Source: a virus
Taxonomy: Duplodnaviria > Caudoviricetes
Virus record (IMG/VR): IMGVR_UViG_3300021440_000032
Coordinates: 1 to 50,899 of that record
Direction: 5' to 3' (one strand)
DNA: 50,899 nt
The translations under genes and the position numbers were made by a program. Positions 1 through 10,164 of the stretch are shown here, one piece after another. Position 1 is the stretch's first letter. Every line of letters begins with the position of its first letter. The notes under the pieces were generated by a model. The model did no database searches. It was not told the DNA's origin and saw only the letters and a program-made list of their open reading frames with translations.

Positions 1-32
1 ATCTACAGAGTAGCTAATAGTAGCAGACACAT

Positions 33-159
33 TCAGTTGGAACGATATAAGATGTTGATGACTAACTGGTGTCAACAGAATGTGTCTGCTACTATTAGCT
101 ACTCTGTAGATGAGGTACCTGCTATTATTGACTGGTTGCTAGAAAACTGGGATAATTAT
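33..159. repeat. 127-bp direct repeat identical to 50773-50899 (circular assembly overlap)
   Basis: Exact match of the two ends; the RNR reading frame continues across the join; implied circle of 50,740 bp. Confidence 0.95.
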
Positions 160-363
160 GTTGGTGTATCCTTCTTGTTCAGAGCAGATCCAACCAAGAC
201 TGCTAAAGATCTTGGGTACTTGTATCTCCCACAAGAGGTAGTTACCAGGGAAGTATATGATGTCTATGTTTCATATATCCAACCTATTGAGCTAGATAAA
301 GCTAATGACATTGATGCAGAGATTGAAGATGATTGCGCTTCTGGCGCATGTCCCATTAGGTAG
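37..363 (+). CDS. nrdJ: C-terminal part of class II ribonucleotide reductase (continues from 49118 across the circular join)
   Basis: In frame with 49118 via the terminal overlap; WCQQNVSATISY motif and C-terminal redox pair CASGACPIR. Confidence 0.9.
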   Translation: MERYKMLMTNWCQQNVSATISYSVDEVPAIIDWLLENWDNYVGVSFLFRADPTKTAKDLGYLYLPQEVVTREVYDVYVSYIQPIELDKANDIDAEIEDDCASGACPIR

Positions 364-366
364 TCT

Positions 367-867
367 ATGACACATAAAGAACTACTAGAATTAGTTAACT
401 ACGATCCAGCTATAGGAATATTTACATCTAAACCAGGAAATAAATATTCTAATCAGCCAGTTGGAGCTAGGCTAGGGACTCTACACAAAACAAAAGGATA
501 CCGGTATATTACGATACTTGGCCAACTATTTAGAGAGCATCGGTTGGCATTCTTCTATATGACTGGTAGTTGGCCTAAGTATCAGATAGATCATATAAAT
601 AATAATAAATCTGATAATAGATGGGAGAATCTTCGTGATGTACCTGCTATAATTAATTGTCGGAATAGACCAATGTTTAAGAATAACACCTCAGGACATC
701 GTGGTGTTGTATGGAATAAACAATGTAATAAATGGCAGGTAATTTGTCGATCTAAAGGAGTTCAACATTACTTTGGCCTGTTTGAAGAAAAACAGGATGC
801 TATCGATATTGCTAACAAGTTTTATAATAAATTAAATAATAACAATGACTACTATTGCACTAAATAA
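367..867 (+). CDS. HNH homing endonuclease (HNH_3 plus AP2-like DNA-binding domain)
   Basis: HRLAFFYMTG..IDHINNNKSDNRWENLR; NTSGHRGVVW..KW..YFGLF AP2-like tail. Confidence 0.9.
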   Translation: MTHKELLELVNYDPAIGIFTSKPGNKYSNQPVGARLGTLHKTKGYRYITILGQLFREHRLAFFYMTGSWPKYQIDHINNNKSDNRWENLRDVPAIINCRNRPMFKNNTSGHRGVVWNKQCNKWQVICRSKGVQHYFGLFEEKQDAIDIANKFYNKLNNNNDYYCTK

Positions 868-1354
868 AAATGAGATTGCCTGTGATTTACAATTCACTCA
901 TCCATCTGGTTACAAATTCAAAGGCACTACTAAAGTGCATCAAATATTTAATCCTGCTGTGTATCCCAAGCCTTTTTATGTGGGCTTTGCTGGCAGCGTC
1001 ACCGCTGGTCAAGCTGGTCTCGGTTGGCTTGTTGATCCCGTCGGCCGCCCCCCTAAGGGTGGTGGAGCAGAATTTGTAGTACTAACACATGACAAGAAGA
1101 TGTTCACATTTACCAATCCAGCTAATTGGATTGAGATTACTGAACCACACTACTCTATCGGTAGTGGATCACAGTATGCAGCAGGAGCTATGCAAGCTGG
1201 TAAGTCACCACTAGAAGCTGTAAAGATTGCTGCCAAGTTTGATCCCAATACTGGTAATGGTTACAAAATCTTTTCCGCAAATGAAAAAGGGGCCACGAAG
1301 GCCCCTAAATCAAGCAAGGAAAAGACTGGTCTCCCTGGCGCGTCGGCTGACTAA
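845..1354 (+). CDS. HslV/proteasome-beta-like Ntn threonine peptidase
   Basis: MTTIA N-terminus (Thr nucleophile), GFAGS, SIGSGSQYAAGAM, EAVKIAAKFDPNTG. Confidence 0.8.
   Translation: MTTIALNKNEIACDLQFTHPSGYKFKGTTKVHQIFNPAVYPKPFYVGFAGSVTAGQAGLGWLVDPVGRPPKGGGAEFVVLTHDKKMFTFTNPANWIEITEPHYSIGSGSQYAAGAMQAGKSPLEAVKIAAKFDPNTGNGYKIFSANEKGATKAPKSSKEKTGLPGASAD
1284..1306 (-). terminator. Rho-independent terminator ending the late arm
   Basis: Minus strand GGGGCC-TTCGT-GGCCCC then TTTTT, just after the lysozyme stop. Confidence 0.8.
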
Positions 1355-1747
1355 GCCTGGTTGAACTTTACCATTATCAAACACCCACTTCTGGAATTCA
1401 CCAGAAGCACCAACATAATCCTTTAGATTAAGTTTCTTGAGGAGGGTTGATTTAGTAAATTGACCCTCACCAAGATTATAAACAAAGTCTACAAGCGAAT
1501 CAAATTGGTTCTGTGTTAACGGAACCTTCACGAGCCGACCAACACTTAATTCAGCAGATGCAACGTCTGCACGAAGTTGGTTTACCGCCTGCTCATTACT
1601 AACCACATCCCCACTTCTTACTGGTCTTCCAAATATCCTGGTAGATCCGAATCCAATAGTCCAAACACCACCAGTGTCCTGGTACGCCTTGGCTCTGAAT
1701 CCCTCTGAATCCTGGATCAGTTTCAATCCATTATCACTGAGCTGCAT
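1310..1747 (-). CDS. Endolysin, GH24 phage lysozyme
   Basis: E-x8-D-x5-T catalytic pattern (SEGFRAKAYQDTGGVWTIGFG), LTQNQFDSLVDFVYNLG, GLVSRRARE. Confidence 0.95.
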   Translation of the reverse strand: MQLSDNGLKLIQDSEGFRAKAYQDTGGVWTIGFGSTRIFGRPVRSGDVVSNEQAVNQLRADVASAELSVGRLVKVPLTQNQFDSLVDFVYNLGEGQFTKSTLLKKLNLKDYVGASGEFQKWVFDNGKVQPGLVSRRARETSLFLA

Positions 1748-4700
1748 TCTTCACCCCATAGTATTTCTGCCAGTTCTGCATGGCTTGCAGATGCTTTGCT
1801 TTCATCACATTGATTGCACTAGCATCTAGATTATGGTCAATGATATACTTCTGCATAGAAGCTTGAATAAGCTGTTGAGTTTGGTCAGGTGCTCTCTTAG
1901 CTAGATTAGCTACATAGGCATTCTTACCCTTCTCACCATCACCTTCCATCAGAGATCTTACATACTTCTCAGCTAGTCCATTGTTAACTAACTTGTCGTT
2001 AGCTTGTGCTTTAGCTTGTTGGTATATGATCTCTTTCTGTCTGGATTCTGGAATAGAAGTAATCCCTAGTCTCCGCATTAGCTTATCAGTATCAGAACGG
2101 AAGTAACCTTTACTGAAATCACCACTGGTAGGTGGGGCATACTTTCCGCTACGCTTATCCTGGAATGCCCCAGAGTCAACGTCAATCAATCCCTGAGCTA
2201 CTCCTGATGGAGCTACTGCATAAGCAGCTTGAGCTAGGCCTTTAGAATCCCCTTGAGATAGTCCACCAAGTATAGCACTACCTTGATCGTATACATCTTT
2301 TAATGGTCCCCAAATTGGAGCAGATACTGAGGTCTCAAACTTCTTGCTAAGATCAGCACCAGTTATAACAGATGTAATCCCATATTTGATGGCTTCCCCT
2401 GTTTTATCTAGGAATGATTTGAGCATAGGATTATCTACATTCTTACCAATCCCTTCACCAACGTCTACTAAAAGTTTACGTTCGATATCTGGCCAATTAT
2501 CATACCATTCTGGATTATGTTTAGCTACCGCATTACGGAGGGCATCATATCCAGATATTGCATAATTCAATCCAGTCATACCAGCTAACCCTGCCATACC
2601 ACCACTAATACCAAGGAATAGTATAAGAGGAGTAAACTTACCTTCTTTTAAAGCCTTGTTAGCAAAGTAATGCGCTTGGTTTAGGTAGTTCATGGTGTAC
2701 CCTTGTAGGGTAGAACCTGCGGTACCAATTAATCCTGTATCCTGTACTATGAACGGACGTTCCTGCATTCTAGGATCAACCATGGAAGCATTCATATAAT
2801 GCTGTGCTTCTCTTAGTACTTCCATTCTAGGCATACCAGGATGAGCCTGTTCAATATGGTGTGCAAAGCTCATGAAAGCTGCAAACTTACTAAACTTGTC
2901 AGCAATCTGAATAGGAGCACCTAGAGTACGTTGTAGTGCTACTTGTGCTCTACCAGAGTTAACATTGGTATGTTCGTCAAATGAGGATAGATTTAGAATT
3001 CCATTGGACTCTGCATACTTAAGAGCATCTCTACCAAGGTTAGTCATAAGAGCATGAGCAGGTGATCTAGCTCCAATAGCGTTCCCATAGTGTGCAGCCA
3101 TACCACCAATCGTATCATTAATCGATTTGATCAATGTCTTGGTAGCATTATGTTCTAGACCATTTAGAGTCATGTCACGATGCCATGGTAGGGTATTAAC
3201 CATCTGTACAACGTTCTGAGCGACAGCACCAAGGTTGGTACCCATCTTCTGTAGAATCCAGGCAGTACGAGCTAATCCCATTCCATTACGAACATCCTGT
3301 ACAGAATGACCAGTCCATAAAGCTAGATTATTCTCTAAGTTCTGGAACATTCTTTGGTGTGATCCAAGATAATGATCAATGATATGAGTAGCTTGTTGGG
3401 AAGCTTTATGGGCTTGTGCAACTACCTCAGGATCATTGATGATCTGCTTTACTTGATCAGCAGCCTTATTATATTCAGACCATTGGAATGAATTCTTCAG
3501 GTAGTTAAGCTGTTCATGGAACATATCTCTAGCATCATGGTATGGGTCCATCCAAGGACGATCCCCAACGAAACCACGAATGTTAGCCTTGTTCTTAAAG
3601 TGCTTGGATTGAGCTAGTGTATTCTGAGCCTCTCCCATCATCTTGGCATTCATTACTTCTCTGATCTTGTCAGATAGTGGATGAGTTTCCCCTAGATGCT
3701 GGATCATTGATGCAAAGGCAGCAGGAATATCTTGTGGAGTCCTGCTATTACCACGAGAGAACTCAGCTTTTGACTTTGCTCTATCAAATTCAATTCCTTG
3801 TGAAGCAAGGTGGTCTAGTGCTTGTTCAACACCTTTTTGAGTGTGGTCTTTAACCACCCACATAAGTCTACCATCTTTGTCATATACATCACTTCTCCAA
3901 TCACCAGTCCAGCGAGAAGAAAGATAATACTCTGCTTTCGATAGTACATTTCCATCCTTACCAGGTTTAAACCCATTCGATTTTAAAGCCTCTTCTTGTG
4001 CTCTCCATGCTTTATCATAGGCATCACGTAAGGCAGTATATGTACTGATCTGTTTATCAGAGAATCCAGCTTGTCTTAATTGATCTTCTGTAAATGTTCT
4101 ACGTTCAAACATTTCCTTCTTCATCAACTGAGCTAGTTCTACGAATTCCTTCTTGTTATTCCAACCAAGCTTCTGTAATTGATGCTCAATAGGCTTTACA
4201 ATGTGTGTAATAGCATGATCTGCTCTTTGTGAAGCAGCTTGCATATAGTCAGCAGCAGCCTTAATAACTGGATGCTGCGTTTCAATATACTTCATTGAAC
4301 TTCCAGAACGGAAGCTTTCCCACTTAGCCCATCGATCCCCGATTGATGATAGTCCTGCTTTAACCTTGGCTAGATATTCCACTGCATCGGGATATGTAAC
4401 AAGCATATCCTTACCAGTTGTCTCATGCCCAGGAATGCCATTAAAAGCCTCTTGGACGCGTTTAAATGATGCACCGAAGGCCTTAGCTATCTCATCAATA
4501 TTAATCGCACCACGTTGGTTTCTAGGCACTCTAATAGTGGGAGAGCTACCACGCATCAGTGCAGATTGCTGTTGAGTAGATTTCCTCTGAGCTTGGTCTA
4601 AATTACTTACGAGAGATTCTAGATCCTTTTGACGTTGGATAACTTCATCAAACTTATTTGAATTCGATTCAAATGAGGAATTCCCAGGAGCTGGGGACTT

Positions 4701-5957
4701 TGATTCCACAGTAGAACCTTTACCTACAGCATTTTCCCCAGTAGATAGACTACGTGGGATTCCCTGGGGTTCACCTTCTATACCAGCAGTACTCCCTAAG
4801 GATCCAAATGGTCCTTCAGGATTAGGAACTGGTTTACGGTTTACAGTAGGTCCACTACCAGGAGTATTCTCACCTGTAGATAAAGCCTCTCTATCAGCTT
4901 GTTCTTTTAGTGCTCGTTGATGGGCTTCTTGTTCCGCAGATTTAATCAGGGCTTGAGTACGGGTTTCTTCTACCTGTTTAGACGCGACTTCTTCTTGAAG
5001 TGCTTTTGATTGCTCTTCACGGGTCTTTCTTGTAGACTCAAATGAATCAGAGTTAATACCTCGTGCTTCTGCCTCTGCTTGATGTCTCTGTTGATCTAGT
5101 ATCTGTTGTTGCCGATCCTGTGCCCTGCGCTCTGCAAGGTACTGAGTATCTATAGGGGCAGCAACTTCACCAGCGGCCTTTCCAGGTATTACTTGATCTT
5201 CTGTTTTTGGAGCAATTTGATCTAGTGCAGTAAGTTTATCAGTGTTATATGTCTCCCGAGTACTTGGTTGTTTATGAAGGATCCCAAAACCACCCCCAAT
5301 GATAGCAGCGGGAATAAGGGTATCCATAGTTGGTTCTAAACTCTTCTGTAGATCGCTATTTGTGGCAATTTGCTGTTGTATTTTTTTAACAGCATATTCT
5401 TGAGCAGTGTTAGTTACTACTCCACCAATAACCTTTGTTCCAATAGTTTTACCAACACCTGGAAGTATCAGTCCAATAGCATTACCAACTGCGTCCACTC
5501 CTCCGGCAAGACGAGCCCTAGTATTTGATTCACCAGCCTCTTTAAACTGTTTAGCTGTTTCTGCTGGAGATAATGGTGCTGTAAAGAATTGTGGTAGAGC
5601 AGAAACTACCTTACCACCAATACCCTGTTCTAGATTCTCCGGGTTAATACCTTCTATACGAGCTTTAATCCGAGCATTTAAAGAATCTTGAATTCCTGGA
5701 AGAACTTGATCCCCTTGAATAGCTGCTTGTACTGGGGCCCGAATGGCAAGATTACCAATAGTATCAAGTGTATTTAGAACACCAGCCCCCCCAAGGGCTA
5801 CATCTTGTAGTAAACTTGTACTTTTAACGGATTGTTTAGCAGCAAGAAACTGTTTGTGGTTTGATGCCACATACGATAGTTGTTCTTGATTTAGTTCAGA
5901 TGGAGAATCAATTTCAAATGATTGACCATCAGGCATAGAAAATTCATATGTAGGCAT
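1734..5957 (-). CDS. Large internal virion/ejection protein (1407 aa)
   Basis: Size, helical composition and position as last of three ORFs after the nozzle gene in a podovirus late arm. Confidence 0.7.
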   Translation of the reverse strand: MPTYEFSMPDGQSFEIDSPSELNQEQLSYVASNHKQFLAAKQSVKSTSLLQDVALGGAGVLNTLDTIGNLAIRAPVQAAIQGDQVLPGIQDSLNARIKARIEGINPENLEQGIGGKVVSALPQFFTAPLSPAETAKQFKEAGESNTRARLAGGVDAVGNAIGLILPGVGKTIGTKVIGGVVTNTAQEYAVKKIQQQIATNSDLQKSLEPTMDTLIPAAIIGGGFGILHKQPSTRETYNTDKLTALDQIAPKTEDQVIPGKAAGEVAAPIDTQYLAERRAQDRQQQILDQQRHQAEAEARGINSDSFESTRKTREEQSKALQEEVASKQVEETRTQALIKSAEQEAHQRALKEQADREALSTGENTPGSGPTVNRKPVPNPEGPFGSLGSTAGIEGEPQGIPRSLSTGENAVGKGSTVESKSPAPGNSSFESNSNKFDEVIQRQKDLESLVSNLDQAQRKSTQQQSALMRGSSPTIRVPRNQRGAINIDEIAKAFGASFKRVQEAFNGIPGHETTGKDMLVTYPDAVEYLAKVKAGLSSIGDRWAKWESFRSGSSMKYIETQHPVIKAAADYMQAASQRADHAITHIVKPIEHQLQKLGWNNKKEFVELAQLMKKEMFERRTFTEDQLRQAGFSDKQISTYTALRDAYDKAWRAQEEALKSNGFKPGKDGNVLSKAEYYLSSRWTGDWRSDVYDKDGRLMWVVKDHTQKGVEQALDHLASQGIEFDRAKSKAEFSRGNSRTPQDIPAAFASMIQHLGETHPLSDKIREVMNAKMMGEAQNTLAQSKHFKNKANIRGFVGDRPWMDPYHDARDMFHEQLNYLKNSFQWSEYNKAADQVKQIINDPEVVAQAHKASQQATHIIDHYLGSHQRMFQNLENNLALWTGHSVQDVRNGMGLARTAWILQKMGTNLGAVAQNVVQMVNTLPWHRDMTLNGLEHNATKTLIKSINDTIGGMAAHYGNAIGARSPAHALMTNLGRDALKYAESNGILNLSSFDEHTNVNSGRAQVALQRTLGAPIQIADKFSKFAAFMSFAHHIEQAHPGMPRMEVLREAQHYMNASMVDPRMQERPFIVQDTGLIGTAGSTLQGYTMNYLNQAHYFANKALKEGKFTPLILFLGISGGMAGLAGMTGLNYAISGYDALRNAVAKHNPEWYDNWPDIERKLLVDVGEGIGKNVDNPMLKSFLDKTGEAIKYGITSVITGADLSKKFETSVSAPIWGPLKDVYDQGSAILGGLSQGDSKGLAQAAYAVAPSGVAQGLIDVDSGAFQDKRSGKYAPPTSGDFSKGYFRSDTDKLMRRLGITSIPESRQKEIIYQQAKAQANDKLVNNGLAEKYVRSLMEGDGEKGKNAYVANLAKRAPDQTQQLIQASMQKYIIDHNLDASAINVMKAKHLQAMQNWQKYYGVKNAAQ

Positions 5958-5966
5958 TAAGTTTCC

Positions 5967-6935
5967 TTATGGATGACTGTTTTTTACCCTTACGGTAATC
6001 CCACCGGGTAGCTGTACTTCTGCTGGTTTAGCTAGAGGTGCTCCCACTGATGGGGCTCCAGTTGCAGGTGATGGTGGTGCTTGAATAGTGTTGTTATTGG
6101 CAGCAGCAGAAACATCAATACCAGACTGATTTACTGGTGCAGTTGTAGCTAGTTTAGCATAATAAGCAGCTCTTTCACGAGCAGCACTTGCCTTAGGATC
6201 TCCTTGTTGTTCAAGTTGATCAGCAATATTATCCCAGTGAATACTAGCTGCTTTAAAGTCTTTATCATTGACTGCTTTATCAGCCTTTTTAGAGGCTAGT
6301 TCTAGCATAGTACTAAATCGTAGATTAGCAATATCCCATGCATTCTTACGATTTGCAGCACCTTCAGACTGAGTTACATCTAACTTCATCTGTTCTAGTT
6401 GTTTAGTTCGTAGGTGATCTGCTGTATCTAGGGCCATTTGAGTGCCACGTTGACGCAGTTTTTGACGACCTTCAGGAGTAGATAGAGCCTGCATAATATC
6501 TGGAGGTAGACTCTGTTGAATATCTAGAGGTACTTGTTGTCCAGCATCAACTAGATCAGCCATATGAACCATAGATTGGCCCATATTACCTAGTTGCTTT
6601 ACCTTATCATCTGACATACTAGCTAAGTTCTTAGATAATTTAGCTTTGATATCAGAAGGTTGAGTAGCTTCTGCCGTGCCAGCTTCTACTATCTTTTTTC
6701 TAGACTCAGCGGCAACCCCTGGATTCTGTGCAAGGGTTTGCTCCAGATTAGCTTGTTCTTGTTGGAGTTTTATGGGATTGGCTTGCTCAGTAAACTGATT
6801 AGCAAGAGTTTGTCTTTGCTGATCTAGTCTATCTTGTTCTTCTGCGTTAGCCTGTTGCTGTAATGTCCCATTAATTGCAGCAATACTTCCACCACCATAA
6901 ATAGAGTTTAGATCATTTGGATATTGTGCTGGCAT
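5967..6935 (-). CDS. Internal virion/ejection protein
   Basis: Q/A-rich coiled coil; synteny. Confidence 0.6.
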   Translation of the reverse strand: MPAQYPNDLNSIYGGGSIAAINGTLQQQANAEEQDRLDQQRQTLANQFTEQANPIKLQQEQANLEQTLAQNPGVAAESRKKIVEAGTAEATQPSDIKAKLSKNLASMSDDKVKQLGNMGQSMVHMADLVDAGQQVPLDIQQSLPPDIMQALSTPEGRQKLRQRGTQMALDTADHLRTKQLEQMKLDVTQSEGAANRKNAWDIANLRFSTMLELASKKADKAVNDKDFKAASIHWDNIADQLEQQGDPKASAARERAAYYAKLATTAPVNQSGIDVSAAANNNTIQAPPSPATGAPSVGAPLAKPAEVQLPGGITVRVKNSHP

Positions 6936-8302
6936 TAGAAACTACCCCACAGTTCCTTTACTTTATCCCATCCACCTTGAAGAATACCGGCGCCAGAACC
7001 TTGACTTTGTCCACCTGGTTTTTGTGGCATAAAGATACTCTTAAGATCAGCGATCTGACGGTTTCTAGCAGCTTGTTGTTGTGCAATAGAACCCTGCATA
7101 GCTTGTGATGTTAGGATATTCTGCATTGGAGCTAGTCCGGCTTGCTTCTCTGCGAGCATAGCTTGTAGTTGAGTTTCCCTACCTCCATACTGTGATCTAC
7201 GTCCAGAAGCAGCATCCTTACGCTCTAATTCTTGTCGTAGTTGTTGAGCATATGGGCTATTCTGTGAATATAGATTAGACATGCTACCCATCATATTATT
7301 CATCTGATCTTGATACTGTCTATTAGCTTTAGCTGCTCTATTATTCATATAAATAGATCCAAGGGTATCAAAAGCAGCTCTACCCATATCACCATTAAGT
7401 CCAGTAGTTGTTCCATTTAGTACACTACCTAGTGTTGGATTAACAATAGAAGCCCCAGCCCTAACTACCTTACCTGGGGTACTATTTAGAAAATCTCGTG
7501 CTTGATCCATATAGCCAGGAGGAGCACTACCTGTAACATATGGTGAATTACCAACACCATAGGACTGATCATAATCCATATTTGGTAGTGATGGGTTAGA
7601 TCCATAATTACCTAAATCTGGTGTATATAATGTATCTGATGGATTACCACCGTATACTGAAACATCGCCCATTTGTGAGCCTCCTTGAGTTACTGTTGCC
7701 AAATTAGATAATGAGTTAGAACCGCTATAAAAATCAGATGGTGTTACTGTAGTACTTCCACCACCTGGTAAAGCTTCTTGGTATGTGTTACTATCTGTTG
7801 GTAATGACGATCCATTAGACACTGAGTTTGAAATATTACTACCTAAATTATATAGGCCAACGGCATCGGCTATTCCACTAGTTCGACCATTATTATAGTC
7901 ACTACCTGAGGCGGCAGCATCTAATTGATATCCAGTAGAGCCAGCTCCATAAAATGGATTTCCTGTAGTAGCCACATTAGCACCGGCTTTTATCCATCCA
8001 CCAGTACCAAATATATCATCCCCTTGTTCATTAAAATTGTCTAGTTTACGCTGCGCAGGATCAGTATAACTATTAATGTCTAGGGGATCTGATGTAGCAT
8101 TTCTAGTAATATCCCCAACCATTTGCCCAGTATCCCCAACCATATCAACACCAGTTTTCCAATAATTATCTAAATTATTGTAAGTCTGTTGCCAGTCATT
8201 TCCGACTTTATCACCGATCCATTGACCAGCATCTCCCACAGCATCCACTGTATTACCAACAAAATCTCCTACGCCGTCTACGAAATCACTTAAGAATCCC
8301 AT
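6935..8302 (-). CDS. Internal virion/ejection (pilot-like) protein
   Basis: G/S/N-rich N-terminus, Q-rich C-terminal half (RQELERKDAASGRRSQYG); synteny. Confidence 0.6.
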   Translation of the reverse strand: MGFLSDFVDGVGDFVGNTVDAVGDAGQWIGDKVGNDWQQTYNNLDNYWKTGVDMVGDTGQMVGDITRNATSDPLDINSYTDPAQRKLDNFNEQGDDIFGTGGWIKAGANVATTGNPFYGAGSTGYQLDAAASGSDYNNGRTSGIADAVGLYNLGSNISNSVSNGSSLPTDSNTYQEALPGGGSTTVTPSDFYSGSNSLSNLATVTQGGSQMGDVSVYGGNPSDTLYTPDLGNYGSNPSLPNMDYDQSYGVGNSPYVTGSAPPGYMDQARDFLNSTPGKVVRAGASIVNPTLGSVLNGTTTGLNGDMGRAAFDTLGSIYMNNRAAKANRQYQDQMNNMMGSMSNLYSQNSPYAQQLRQELERKDAASGRRSQYGGRETQLQAMLAEKQAGLAPMQNILTSQAMQGSIAQQQAARNRQIADLKSIFMPQKPGGQSQGSGAGILQGGWDKVKELWGSF

Positions 8303-8311
8303 ATACTTCCT

Positions 8312-8707
8312 TTATGTTAAGGTTACTGATTTTAGGGTACCGCTATCGTTAACCCATAGTTTAATTGTTGAAGTGGATGTATTCTTATACAGTTTAGAGT
8401 ATCCAGAAGGTATATCTGATGTAGTTGGATCTCCTGCCATAGAGTTTAATGGTAACGATCCGATAGCAGTATGCTCTGCATTTGTCAGGTGGTAATATTC
8501 AGCAGTAGTACCACCTTGTATTGAAGTTAATTTATTATGGTCTCTAGATACAATATCTTCTATTTTAGATCCAGCAAAGTTCAGATTTACCCAAGCAATA
8601 GAGGTAGCAATACTGTTAATAACGGTTCTTAACTTTTCATACCAGACATTCCAGAAGGCATGTCCTGGTGGAACTCCTTGTGGAGTTGGTGGAAGGATAG
8701 AGGCCAT
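8312..8707 (-). CDS. Small tail/virion protein
   Basis: Between nozzle and ejection genes; HNKLTSIQGGTTAEYYHLT fibre-like motif. Confidence 0.5.
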   Translation of the reverse strand: MASILPPTPQGVPPGHAFWNVWYEKLRTVINSIATSIAWVNLNFAGSKIEDIVSRDHNKLTSIQGGTTAEYYHLTNAEHTAIGSLPLNSMAGDPTTSDIPSGYSKLYKNTSTSTIKLWVNDSGTLKSVTLT

Positions 8708-10164
8708 TATGAATTTCCCATGTTTAGATCAACTTCAAATCCTCTAAAACGGATTGGTTGATTATCTGTATTTGTAAATATAAAGGCACGCTTTCTAAAG
8801 CCACCTAAACGACGAATGCTTGGAAGTTCTTGATTTAAAGTAATAGAGTATGTATTACTATACGTTTGATAATCATCATCTGTCCATTGTAGATTTATTG
8901 TAGCAGCATTGTTATTATCTACGAATAGCGAAAGTCTACCCATAAACTTCATCTGTAATGTTTCAAAGTCTAGTTGTTCTGTTCTTATAGTCATCGTATA
9001 AGAAGTTCCAGAATCTGTGAAGGTATTTAAAGCGAACTTAACTACTGCATTATCTGATGGAATATACATAAAAGTATTAATTTCAGAAGTAGAATAAGCT
9101 ACATCAGAATACTGAATATTAAAAGTACTGGTTCCTTTATACTTCCAATTAGTAAAGAAATCAGTTCCAATATTATAAGCAAATGTACTCCCAGCTACTG
9201 TGAACACATATAATGTATTGCTATCATATGTTACAATAGAAGCAGTAAGAGTAGTAAAATCAGTAATTCTAGATAGGAATCTTTGAATTTGTTGACTACC
9301 TACTGGGGTTACTTTAGAGTCCTCAATAAGAAACAGATCAGGAGCGCCATTATCATACTTACCAATAATATAGACTTTATTTCCAGATCTTACAGATCCA
9401 CCTAGATATCTAATCTGTTTATAGAAAGTATCATTTCTACCAAGTGGAGATCCAGCAGCATTAGCTGCATCATAGAAGTATTCTACAGACTCTGTACCTA
9501 AAGCAATGATATAGTTACTCATTCTTTCAATTCTGAGTAATGAGTCAGGGGACATTTCAGCAGAAATATAATTTGACGGTGTCCATGCTAATGGGGCATC
9601 ATTATCAGAGTTATATATATCTTGTGTTCCAGTCTTAACAATGAAAATATATCCGTCTAAGAATACTGGGTGTGGGAAGTGTGGGGAAGGTAAGTCAGCA
9701 TCAGCCGAGGTCGTTACCACAAAGGTATCAGATATCTCGCCTAGTTTAGTTCCATCTGACCACACTACAGTAACATGTCCATCGGAGTATAGGAATTCTT
9801 CAAACCCAACATCTCCGGTAGTGGTAGTTAAAGCTGCTGAACTTGTCGCAGTGCTAATATTAGTTGAAACATCCCAGAAGTAGAATGTGTTTCCAATGAC
9901 ATAAATTAGAGTATTCTTCTTTTGCCAAAAGTACATTCCTCTAAAGGAGGCTGTAATTAAACTAGCAGAAATGCTGGTAGTAGTCCCCTGTCTCTTTACT
10001 ACTGCCATATCCATTTGTTTAGTATCTTTATTTTTAAGTATTTCAACTGTACAATTCTCATATAGAGCATCGTAAGAATTAGTACTTCTTAAAAAGACAT
10101 CTTTAACTAGTGGAACTCTTTCTGTCTTATATGTAGAGTATTGTGGAGAATTAGAGAAAGGCAT
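8707..10164 (-). CDS. Tail nozzle / P22 gp10-like DNA stabilisation protein
   Basis: Beta-rich 485 aa, VFLDGYIF, SAEMSPD, WTDDDYQTYS..RRLGGFRKRAF; follows the adaptor. Confidence 0.75.
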   Translation of the reverse strand: MPFSNSPQYSTYKTERVPLVKDVFLRSTNSYDALYENCTVEILKNKDTKQMDMAVVKRQGTTTSISASLITASFRGMYFWQKKNTLIYVIGNTFYFWDVSTNISTATSSAALTTTTGDVGFEEFLYSDGHVTVVWSDGTKLGEISDTFVVTTSADADLPSPHFPHPVFLDGYIFIVKTGTQDIYNSDNDAPLAWTPSNYISAEMSPDSLLRIERMSNYIIALGTESVEYFYDAANAAGSPLGRNDTFYKQIRYLGGSVRSGNKVYIIGKYDNGAPDLFLIEDSKVTPVGSQQIQRFLSRITDFTTLTASIVTYDSNTLYVFTVAGSTFAYNIGTDFFTNWKYKGTSTFNIQYSDVAYSTSEINTFMYIPSDNAVVKFALNTFTDSGTSYTMTIRTEQLDFETLQMKFMGRLSLFVDNNNAATINLQWTDDDYQTYSNTYSITLNQELPSIRRLGGFRKRAFIFTNTDNQPIRFRGFEVDLNMGNS

